Of a DNA stretch of 44,683 nt, positions 33,999-44,683 are shown piece by piece (positions within the stretch are counted from its first letter, which is position 1; each line of letters opens with the position of its first letter). The notes under the pieces were generated by a model that did not search any database, was not told the origin of the DNA, and saw only the letters and a program-made list of their open reading frames with translations. Source of the stretch: Octopus bimaculoides (taxonomy: Eukaryota). The DNA lies in assembly GCF_001194135.2 (NCBI RefSeq), contig NC_068993.1, positions 43,420,195 through 43,464,877 of the forward strand. The letters run 5' to 3'. Position numbers and translations under genes: made by a program.

Positions 33999-34900
33999 AC
34001 ACATTCCTTGTGCTATTTAGTTCAAGGGAAATATTTGTTAATGGACACTCATTGATGTTTCTAAATTGGCAGAATTGTTAGAGCATAGAATACCTTTGAG
34101 GTGTTTGTTCCAACTCCCTGTTCATTGAGTTCAAATTGTGCTGATGTTGGCTTGGCCTTTCATTGTCCTTTGAGGGTCAGTAAATAAAAGTACCAGCCCA
34201 GGGTGGGAGTTTGGCTGACTGAATTGTTAGAGCTATAGGAGGGGGATACCTTATAATATCTGCAGCAGCACTCTACATTTTTGAGTTCAAATTCCACCAC
34301 TTGACACCAGCAAAAAAAAGAAAACGAAAAACAGACCCTTCATGACCCAGTAAAATGGTGACAAACTTGGGAAGTTTCATAACTCCAGAAGTTCCTAATC
34401 AATTAATTACTGAAGTAATTCAGCTTATTATTTACCTTGGCTATGTGCCAGCTGGCAGGAGAAACAGCAAGACAACTTTCAGTCCTTAGCTTCTAATGTT
34501 AGAGCATGAATGTTTCCTAGCTTAATTTTTACAGAAATAATCGATGTCTCCTGACTTGTCACTGATCCTGGCATAACATGGAATATTCCATGGACATGGA
34601 ATTACAGCTAATTGATATATTCTCTGTATTCTTGCTTCTAGTCTCTTTCTGTTTGTCTTTGTTTTAATGTGCAATGTGGTGGAATATTTTCTGTTGAATT
34701 CATACTCAACTCATCCGTAATCTTGCAACTAAAACAAAATATTGTTAGATTTTAATTAATTATTTCTCGTTATGATGAACTGTTTGCATACTTCATTATT
34801 CAGCATTTCCTTGCAAAACAGATAAATCTTAGGTGAAATGAATGAACTGTCAACTATGTCTGCTTCTTCATCAAGATATATCAGCCTCAAAAACAGGTCA

Positions 34901-34984
34901 GACAGATGCTTGGCCAAGTGGTTAAGAAACTCACTTCACAGCCATGAGGTCCCAGGTTTAATCTTACTGTCTGGCAGCTTTGAT

Positions 34985-35024
<40 letters not shown>

Positions 35025-35090
35025 AAACCCTTAAAGTGACCTGAGCCTTGTGAATCTGAAATTTAGTAGATGGAAACTGAGTGGAAGCCC
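34901..35090 (+). mobile_element. Decayed SINE family A head with internal poly-T
   Basis: GCTTGGCCAAGTGGTTAAGAA...CCAGGTTTAATCTT...GAGCCTTGTGAATCTG..GTAGATGGAAACTGA. Confidence 0.65.
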
Positions 35091-35959
35091 TTCTAATTCA
35101 TCGTACCTGTAACTCAAAGAGCCAACTTTGTTTTATATTGCATTTCACTAATTCAATTTAAGAATTATATCATGGTATCTGTGGAATCCTCAGCCATTTC
35201 CACGTTAATTTAATGAGTAGTTCCATTGATCAAACAACTGAAAGCTCATCATCATAACCAACCGACAGAGCTTCTGTCTCAGAGACAGTAACAGAAGGAG
35301 TTATACACTTAAATTTCTATCTTACAAATAAAGTGTAATTTAAATAATATTATCCTTTAAGAGTATTTCACTGGTGGGGTTTTTTTTTCCTGAAAATGAC
35401 CTAATTCTCTATTTCACTTTAATATTTGGACTGCATGATTCTTTATGTGAATCCATGTTAAAATAGATTTTCTTGTATCTCATTATGCCAATAATAAGCA
35501 TACACTCACCAGTTCTATTTCTTTATTATTCATTAATTAGTTAATTATTTAACCTATTAACAAATAATAAAGAAACAAACGAGAACCAGTATGTGTGTTT
35601 ATGATAAGCATGATGACCCTTCCAAGATACAATAAAATCTTATTTGTATAATTTTTGAGTTATTTTGTTTTGTTCTTAATATTTCAAAAATACCAACCTT
35701 TACTCTAAACCATACACTTTACAGATTTTAAGTTTTGAAGCATGAATAAAAAGTAATTTAAATTTCATTTCATTTTGTCCATTCCATTCCATTCCATTCC
35801 ATTCCTCCAACAAATTAGACTAGATTGTTAATTAAAGTTTTGTTGTTCTCTCACCAGGTGCTATATTGCTGTTGTAAGGTCACAGCTAAGACTTGATCAC
35901 TTTGATTGTCAAATTAATATAATGCTTTGCTTGTCAATGTTTGTTCATTTCCACTCAGA

Positions 35960-35961
<2 letters not shown>

Positions 35962-36041
<80 letters not shown>
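35962..36041. repeat. (ATT)n microsatellite
   Basis: About 26 units with one GTT interruption. Confidence 0.98.
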
Positions 36042-36042
<1 letters not shown>

Positions 36043-36559
36043 CAAGCGGACTTTAAATACATCACAAGATCCATTTCGAAATTGTTCCCAGTATTGTTCA
36101 TTTCAAAACATACCATTAGTGTCAGTGCATTAGTAGTTTAATAAAGTACTAGCCATCTTCTAGAGTAGGTCATCTGTCAATTATTGACTTTCTACTTTCT
36201 GGCTTCAGTACATAGTTTGGCCCTTTCGTGTGGAAGTAACTTGAAAGGCAATATACAGTACTTCTAAAGTTAGTTATAATCTAATCATATTAACCAAGTT
36301 ATTTCAATTATTATCACTGATTTGGAACACTGGTGCATTATTATTGCTTTGTTTTCTTCTGGAAATTTCTTGGAAGGATAAACCTATTACTTTCTGAAGA
36401 AAGCAAATAATCTACAGCTTTGAATTAAAATATTTATCTCCCCCCGCCTCCCCACCTCGCTTTCTCATCACTCCATCTCCATTTCTTTCTCTCTCTCTTT
36501 CTCTTCTGTCTCTGACATATAATTTGTTATTACCATTTACCTTTTACTTGTTTCAGTAA

Positions 36560-36617
36560 TTGGACTGACCAAAGCCTTATGAGCTTGTTTTTGTGAATGG
36601 AAACTAAAAGAAGCCCA

Positions 36618-36671
<54 letters not shown>

Positions 36672-36905
36672 CTTGTGTGTGTGTGTCTATCTTTCCTTCT
36701 CTTGACATGTGATTATTGTAAATGAACATCACCATCATGGAAGAAGTGTCCTTCATTTCCAGTCTTCTGTGAAAAACATGCCTGGCCATGGGGAAAATGT
36801 TACCTTCCTTGAATATAGGTGAGAGTGAGCAACTGGAAGAGCATCCAGCCATACAAAATCTAATTCAATGAATTCCATCTAGCATATAGAAACATGGAAA
36901 AATAG
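36560..36905 (+). mobile_element. SINE family A body and tail type 2, with long internal (CA)n
   Basis: GACCAAAGCCTTATGAG...GAAACTAAAAGAAGCCCATC(CA)n...GGCCATGGGGAAAATGTTACC. Confidence 0.8.
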
Positions 36906-37984
36906 TCATTAACACAAAGATAGATAGACAATTTGGATTAGGATTGAACTTACTATCATATTTTTTATTATACAGACTTCAAAGCTTTTTATCCACTACT
37001 CCACCAGGTAGATGTAAATATCTCTTTAAGACTGTTTGAAACCAAAACACAGTATGCTACCCATGATTATGATTGACTATAGTAGATATTTTATTTCCCC
37101 TACTGGAGTGACCTTTGATCACAGACATTCTACATCCTACCCATGACCATAACTTTTTTTTTTTTTAGATATATATATCTATATATAACTAGGACTACAT
37201 TGTCTAATGTATCCTTTTTTTTTTTTTTTTCAAAGACAGTAGAACGTGACTTCAAGGAAATTTGACTGCTATTTTTAGCAGACCGAGTGTCCATCCACAT
37301 AGTTGCTCCCCTTTATTGACTCATAGTTTGTTGGTTTATGGTGTTTGGTTGTCATGGAGATTCCTCATGAAAATGTTTTAGCATGAAATTTAGATTAATA
37401 TAGTTAACTATATTCCAGATAGGTTATTAGATTTGATGACTGGTTTATATACTTAGAAATCTTCTTCAACATCCGCATTCATTAACAGGAACTTCCAATG
37501 ATGACTTTAATGATTTTGGCAGAGTTTCAAAGAATCAACTCCTGCCATTAACTGCAACGGCTGCAAATTGGCAGAGTTGTTAGATCATGGAATAGAATAA
37601 AATGCCTTGCAGTATCAGTTCTGACCATCTATTCTCTGTGTTCAAATCCGGCCTAAGTCTACATTGCCTTCAATCCTTTTAGGGTTGATAAAATATGTAC
37701 AAATCCAGAGTAAGTGGATTAGCAGGATTGTTAGAGGGTTCTCAGACACTGCAAGAAACCTTAAAATAACTGTCTTGACTGCTTGCAATATTTAGCAGTT
37801 TGTGTGTGGAGCAAGGCACCTCAAATGTTTATTCCACTTATATATCTTTATCGTCATCATCATTGTTTGGCATCCGCTTCCCATGCTGGCATGGGTTGGA
37901 CAGTTTGGCAGGAGTTGGCCAGCCTGGGAGGATGCTCTTCCTAATGTCAACCACTTTACAAAGTGTGCTAGGTGTTTTTTTTTA

Positions 37985-38021
<37 letters not shown>

Positions 38022-38027
38022 TGAGAA

Positions 38028-38037
38028 NNNNNNNNNN
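38028..38037. other. Assembly gap (10 N)
   Basis: N run visible in the sequence. Confidence 1.
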
Positions 38038-38697
38038 TATATATATATATTCCTCATATTTGAGATGTGTGTCTTTTGCCCATCACCATGGTTTGACAGG
38101 AGCTGACACACCAAAGAACTGCAGCAGGCTCCATTGTCTACTTTGGCATGGTTTCTACATCTGGATGCCCGTCCTAACACCTATACTTTACAAAGTATAC
38201 TGGGTGCCTTTTATATAGCACCAGACAGAGCCTGAAATTTTGTGGGAAGGGGCTAATCAGTTATATCAACCCTGAAAGGATAAAAGACAGAATTTGAACT
38301 CAGAATCTAAAGAACTGGGACAAATGCTGCTAAACATTTTGTCCAGCATGTTAATGATTCTACTAGTTCATCACCAAATAATAATAATATTGTACTAGTC
38401 AGTCAGCAATCAGTATATCTGCTAATTTCTATTTACCAGAAGTATTTAACATTTAAATTATTCATTAAAATAGTCAAGATGTAATTTGCACCAACATTAG
38501 TTTTATGTATAAAGATTTGCTAAAAAAATTCTTTTTTTAAATAAAAGCAGCTGTGATTAGCTTTTAGTTATTTTAAAGTAGTAACATGTCAAATTAATCA
38601 AATTAGTGAAGAAAAAATAGAATGTTTAGCCAGTGGATAAATATATATACTACCTGTCTGTGTAAGTTTGTATGTGTGCACTTCTATGCTTGCATAT

Positions 38698-38754
<57 letters not shown>

Positions 38755-38848
38755 TAAACAGACAGATACAAAGCATATGTATGTATATATATATATATAT
38801 CATGCTGACCTATATATGCATCTTTATTTCTTGCTCTGCATGTGTATG

Positions 38849-38889
<41 letters not shown>

Positions 38890-39424
38890 TAATCACTGAA
38901 GCAAGCATAATACACTGTATATTGTTATTTGTTCTGATGAACTGTCACCTACGAACTGCCTCGCCAATAGACAGCTAATCTCTCTTAGAATCAATGTATC
39001 TCTTTCTATAACCTATTAGAAAATGAAATGAAATTATTTTTTTTTCTCATCTTCTCAAACTAAATTAGTGCTGAAACTAATTATTTTACTTCCTATATTT
39101 TTTATTCCCACCTGATGAGAATTTATCGACTAAGCAATGATTTCTTTTTCTTGTTTCCTTATTTTTTTTTTATAATTTCCCACGCAATTTTTATTTCATT
39201 CATTCATTTTTCTTCTTTACAAATATTCATTTATTCACTTAACAAATCTTCATTCCAGTGAAGGATTTTTTTTTCTTTTTTACTTTAAAACTACTTGACC
39301 TAACTAAGGTTACAGAAAGATTTCAAACTGAACATAAAACCAAACAGCGATATTTTATTAATATTATACAAATATACCTTCATTCTTATCTTTACTAATT
39401 TAACAAGTTAATGATTCATATACC

Positions 39425-39745
39425 TATCTGGTCAGGTGACTTGTCCAGGCCAGTGCAACTCTTCCATGCCAGATGTCCCAATCTTCCATAAGTCTTTCAT
39501 ATCCTTAACTTGATGTCCAGTGTCTTTCACAACTTGATCAATATATGCCCTTCATGGTCTTCTGATATCTGTATATCCATGTGTAGGTTTCCAAAGAAGG
39601 AGATTGCTGGATATTTCATCCTTGCTTCTTTAGTTGTGTCCTGCATAATGTGTTCTTTTTTTCTCAGATTGCTAAAGCGACGATAGGAAGATTGCCATAC
39701 AGTCACTGCTTTGTAGAGTGTTGCTGCTAAGAAAGATCAATAACT
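39425..39745 (-). mobile_element. RTE-X/RTE-like LINE 3' fragment
   Basis: The - strand peptides YGNLP...KRTHYAGHN*RSKDEISSNLLLWKPTHG..RRP*RAYIDQVVKDTG..MEDWDIW match the pattern LYGNLP..RRLRFAGHCxRSxxE..SxLLLWxPxHG..GRPxxTYIDQL. Confidence 0.82.
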
Positions 39746-39803
39746 GCACAAGTTAATGACAATACTGCATAAAACTTTGTTGTTGTTTTTCTTTTTTTTT
39801 TAG

Positions 39804-40027
39804 TCTTTCTATTATAGGCACAAGGCCTGAAATTTTAGTTGGGTGGTGGAGCTAGTCAATTGCATTGCCTCCTGTTCTCGACTGGTACTTGTTTTTTTTT
39901 TTTACCCTGAAAGGATAACAATCAAAACCAACCTTGACAGTATCTCAATTCAGAGCATGAAGCCAGGTGGAATGCTGCTAAGCACTTTTGTCCAATCTGC
40001 TAACAATTCTGACAACTTGCTTCCTTA
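39804..40027 (-). mobile_element. SINE family B
   Basis: Reverse complement of the 20338 family (GGCACAAGGCCTGAAATTT...CTGGTACTT...CCCTGAAAGGAT). Confidence 0.82.
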
Positions 40028-40714
40028 TATTATTTTATAATATAGAAATTGGTTTGTGTTTTGTTTAAAAGAATTTTCACCTGCTTGCAATGTTTACTTC
40101 ATAAATGTTAACTATCTCTTACACATGGATATTGTTGAAAGTTTATTGAGTACCATGTTTCAGAAGTTAAAAAAATTAATAATTTCATTTTATTTTTTAA
40201 TAGCTTCTAGCTGCAGATTACATTGATTTCAAGAGAGATCGGTTGTCTATTACTGCACTTTGTTGGTGATAGACCATTATAACAATTAACAATATGCACA
40301 TTATACACTTTGGTTTATACCATATGAGATGTGTGTGTGTGATCTTGACATCCTGTGATCATTGTGAACAAGTATTTCCCTAATTGAAGTGGGGAGTAGT
40401 GTCCTTCATATCTAGCTATGGGAAAATATTATCTTATTTGACAACAGTTAAGAGTTGGCTATAAGAAGGGTATCCTGCCATAGAAAATCTGCTTCAACAA
40501 ATTCCATTTGACTCCTATAAACATGGAAAAAGTGAATGTTAAAAGTGCTATTATGATGATGATGATGATGATAAGTATGAGTGTGTGTATACATATCACA
40601 TGACCAACCAGACTATCAAATGTTATACAGCGCTGGTCACAATGTGCTTTGCATCATTTTAGCCATTGAATGATGCCACCCCACTGGCTAGGCAAGCAGG
40701 CCAATTGATAGATT

Positions 40715-40962
40715 CTTTTATTCTTTTACTTTTTTCAGTCATTTGACTGTGGCACCACCTTTAGTCGAGCAAATTGACCCCAGAACTTATTCTTTGTAAG
40801 CCTAGTACTTTTGCCGAACTGCTAAGTTATGGGGACATAAATGCACCAGCATCGGTTGCCAAGCAATGGTGGCAGGGACAAACATATACACACACATACA
40901 TATATATATATAAATAAATGACGGGCTTCTTTCAGTTTCCATTTACCAGATCCACTCACAGA
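40715..40962 (-). mobile_element. SINE family A, head-truncated, tail type 1
   Basis: Close reverse-complement match to 32340-32620. Confidence 0.88.
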
Positions 40963-40983
40963 TAGATAGATAGATATCTTATA

Positions 40984-41415
40984 GGGACAGGTTTGGCTTT
41001 GTGCAGTTTGCTTCCCAACACATGGTTCTAAATTCAGTCCCACTGTGTTATACTTTGGGCATGTCTTCTGTTTTAACCCTGAGCTGACCAAAGCCTCATG
41101 AGGCAGAAACTAAGAAAAGCCCATTGTGTATGAATATATACATGTGTGTGTGTGTCTGTATGTTTGCATCTCCTTGTCTTTATGCCACATGATAGTTGTA
41201 AAATGATTGTCACTATCATACAAGCAGTGTCATCCATTTCCAATATTCTGCAAGAATGTCTGGTCAGAGGAAATATTATCTTGCTTGGAAACAGTTGAGG
41301 ATTGGTGACAGGAAGAGCAAAGGCTATGGAAAATCTACCTCAATAAACTCCATCCTATTCATGTAAGCATGAAAAAGTGGGCATTGATGATGATTTTGAT
41401 TATGATGATGATGAT
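40984..41415 (+). mobile_element. SINE family A with tail type 2
   Basis: Head, AAATTCAGTCCCACTG, body, and a (GAT)n tail. Confidence 0.85.
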
Positions 41416-41613
41416 CACAATGTAAAATTATTAGTCATTCATCTTAGAAATAACAAACATTTAAAAAGAATTGTCTTCAATTTCATTCTATTTTTAAAAT
41501 GTTACATATTTAGACTGTAGCGGAATAATATTATAGCTGATTATTGGATATTATTTATAAACTGCTTTTATCAGCTATTTTAAATATTTTAAGTTTTGTT
41601 CTTTAATCCACTC

Positions 41614-42734
41614 TTAACCTTTTTAATACTAACCTGCCTATGAATATCCTGTATCTATAACAAAAACTTCCTGTTTTAAAGTAATCTAAATTAAAGTCTC
41701 CCTTCAAAATTTCATTTTAACTTATGTCCCAAACATCACTTTAATGATAATTTTACTAAATTCTTCGCTGTTTTAAAATTAGTTGAAACGAAGAATGAAT
41801 TTGGTCAAAAATATGATAATAATAGTGTTAAAGACCACTGCCTTGCTGCCCTAACATTTGTAATAATATTACTGTTCAATATTATACATGCTTAAAGGCA
41901 GCAAGCTGACAAAATCGTTAAGCATGCTGGGCAAAATGCATAGCAGTGTTTTGTCTGTCTTCATGTTCTGAGTTCAAATGCTGCCACGATTGACTTTACC
42001 TTTCATCCTCTCAGGGTCAATAAAATGAGTACCAGTTGGATATTGGAGTCAATTTAATCAACTTAGCCCCTTCCTTGAAATTGTTGACCTTGTGCAAAAA
42101 TTTGAAACTAATATCTACAGGAAACCTTTTTCCCCCTCACCTAGATATTCCCTGTTATTCACAGCTCTTTAAACCCTTTTGATATCAGCACACCTGATAC
42201 TGTCTTTGATTCTCTGATACAAACTTCCTGTTTTAAAGTAATCTGGATTAAAACTTCTCATGAAAATTTTCATGTTAATGTATGTCCCAAACACCAGCTT
42301 CATAATAACAAAGTTAGATTACTAAATTTTTCATTATTTTCGATCTTTTTGATACCAACTCACCTGAGACTACCCCTGATTCTTTGATGCAAACCTTCTT
42401 TAAAGTGGTCTAAATTAAAACCTTCCTTCGAAATTTCTTGTTAATTTTATGTTTGAAAGCCATCTTAATAATTACAAAGCTGTTTTGCTAAATCCTTCAT
42501 TATATTCAGTATTAATTAAAACAAACACAGTGTATGTCAACAGAAATATGGTAGCAAAAGGATTAAAGTGACCTAAATTAAAATATTCAATCAAAATTTC
42601 ATGTTAATTTATGTTCCAAACACCATCTTAATACAAACAAAATTATTTTACGAAATTGTTCATTATTTTCAAAAGTTAACTGGAATGAAAACAAAAAATG
42701 CATTTCAACAGAAATTTGGTTACGAAAGGGTTAA
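41614..42734 (+). mobile_element. Cluster of four related piggyBac-type MITE units (one SINE B inserted at 41895-42110)
   Basis: Repeated AAACTTCCTGTTTTAAAGTAATCT..ATTAAA..AAAATTTCATGTTAAT.TATGT.CCAAACA. The ends resemble TTAA-CCCTTT and AAAGGG-TTAA (42725-42734). Confidence 0.75.
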
Positions 42735-43678
42735 GCAACAAAGTTCAGTTTTATCTGAGATAGAAAATTGATGGACTGTCTAAAATAGTGTTCCAGACAA
42801 TTAGTTTGCTCTCTGGAAAGATAATACACATATTAACTTGTTGAAATGGTGCTAAAAAAAATAAAATTAGAAAAGTACAAGTATTATTTTTACTATTTAT
42901 TAATAGTATAATTCTTAGTGACAAATAATAATTACCAGGAGAATTATTATATATTCTTCTGTTTGGATTCATTTTATTGGAAGATGCGTTTTTTTTCCCC
43001 CTCTTATTCTTTCCAGTTATAATTTTGTTTGTTCTGGCATCATCTTTGTTCTATTTATTGTCACTAACCAAAAGTTTGAAGCTTCTTTACATTATTATAT
43101 TCTTATCATATATGTATGTATGTAGAAATATATATATATATATATCGCTCACATTTTGGAAAATAACAAAAACCTTCTATAAACTCTTTTATTCCATAGC
43201 AATATCACACTAGATTATTTAGTTATTTTCTTTGTTACAAAAGAGGAGAAACTGTTCTGTGAAAGGAGAAGAAAATAATGACACAACTACTATTTTCTAA
43301 AGATCGTTTAAACTGACTGACAATACTATATTGATAGCTTCTTCATATATCATTTTTTTTATTTCTTATGTATTCTTTTTTTTTTTCTGCATATTTAATA
43401 CTATGCAACATATTGTTGAAAGCTGTGTCATTTTTACATTTGGAGAAAAGATCATTGGCAAGGCACTTCAATTCACATAATAGAGTATGTAATTGCAAAT
43501 CTTAGCATAAAGAAGAATGTATATATGTGAGAAGCTGTGATTGTATGTGCATACATGTATATATAGATATATCACGTGGGTAAACACATATGAACTTAGT
43601 ATTAGCCCAGATTATGTCAAACTTAATAACACTAATATATATATTTACATATTTATAATGTCTGTCTGTCTTTGTGCA

Positions 43679-43730
<52 letters not shown>

Positions 43731-43816
43731 CATACATATATGTACTTATATATGTGTAGGTGTATGTGCATTTGTATAGGTGTGTGTGTATATATGTGTG
43801 TTTATAATGTTTTTCC

Positions 43817-43857
<41 letters not shown>

Positions 43858-44274
43858 AGAAACTGATGAAGCAGATTTAGTTTATAAGAAGTATAGTAGG
43901 AGGGTTGGGCATCTTTGGAGGAGTAGTTAAGAAATGAATCAACTCAATAAGGTGCAGTAGAACTGTGAATGTATACACAGGGACTTATTGTTGCAATATT
44001 ATCAGTTTAAGCTGCTAATTTTACCTTCTCTCATCTACCTTAGGAAGGAAATTAGGTTAAAGAATAACAGAGGATTAAATGAGATTTGGTTTCTTGTAAT
44101 AATCCTTAGAGGTAATATATCAAATGTTCTTTTAAATTAAAATTAATATTACTGGTCCAGAGATAAGAATATCTCGTGATGGCTCAGAAGAAAATGCTGT
44201 GTGTGTGTGTCCAACATACTAACAATTCTGCCAGCTCATCACCTTAATAATAATAATAATAATAAGTAAGTAAG

Positions 44275-44420
44275 TAGTACAGCTGTTGTAAGTAATTTAC
44301 TTCATAACCATGTGATTTAGGCTTCAGTTCTACTGTACAGCACCTTGGGCAAGTGTAGTCTACAATAGACTAACATCAACCAGTGCTTTGTGAGTGAATT
44401 TGGTTGATGGTAGCTCTAGA
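44275..44420 (+). mobile_element. Decayed SINE family A head
   Basis: GGCTTCAGTTCTACTGTACAGCACCTTGGGCAAGTGTAGTCTACAATAG. Confidence 0.75.
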
Positions 44421-44683
44421 AGACAGCAGAGTATCAGGTAATATACCTTGTAACTTTTGTTCCTGCTCTTTGTATATAGAGTTCAAATCCTGCTGATACC
44501 TACATGGATGGTAGACTTTAATTTGTTGCCCTATTCAACATCACCTGCTGATCCTTGGGCACCTGTAATGAGGTCCACACTGTTGCAAATATTCAGGTCA
44601 GGTCTCTGCTTTAAGGTTATCTTGCGCCCTCCCTCCCTCCCTTTCTCCCACCAGTTTCAGAAACCCTTGAGTGCTTAGAGACT

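Noticed and set aside
35783-35805. (TTCCA)n pentamer resembling human satellite III
   Set aside because: Only 4-5 units; an ordinary microsatellite.
37498-37630. Box C (ATGATGA) / box D (CTGA) snoRNA candidate
   Set aside because: No terminal stem or recognisable rRNA antisense element, and ATGATGA is abundant here because of (GAT)n tails.

Overview
This is not a prokaryotic window. It is very AT-rich, microsatellite-dense eukaryotic DNA with two assembly gaps (N at 18903-19134 and 38028-38037). The repeat content looks like a coleoid cephalopod, most likely Octopus; this is inferred from recalled SINE heads and was not checked by a search. No ORF in the supplied track is a credible intact host gene: most are translated microsatellites, and the rest are antisense or decayed transposon frames. 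The window is dominated by at least four tRNA-like SINE families, 3' fragments of CR1-, RTE- and RTE-X-like LINEs (all on the - strand), an internally deleted Tc1 element, a decayed pogo/Tc2-like element, hAT- and piggyBac-type MITEs, a ~330 bp foldback and several mini- and microsatellites. It most plausibly lies inside one or more long introns. The most interesting non-repeat signal is a textbook recursive-splicing architecture at 26492-26626: an AG-free zone, a polypyrimidine tract, TAG|GTAAGT, a 70-nt exon with stops in all three frames, and then AAG|GTAAGA. Several small candidate exons exist on both strands, but I cannot name a gene. No CRISPR, rRNA or intact tRNA genes were seen.
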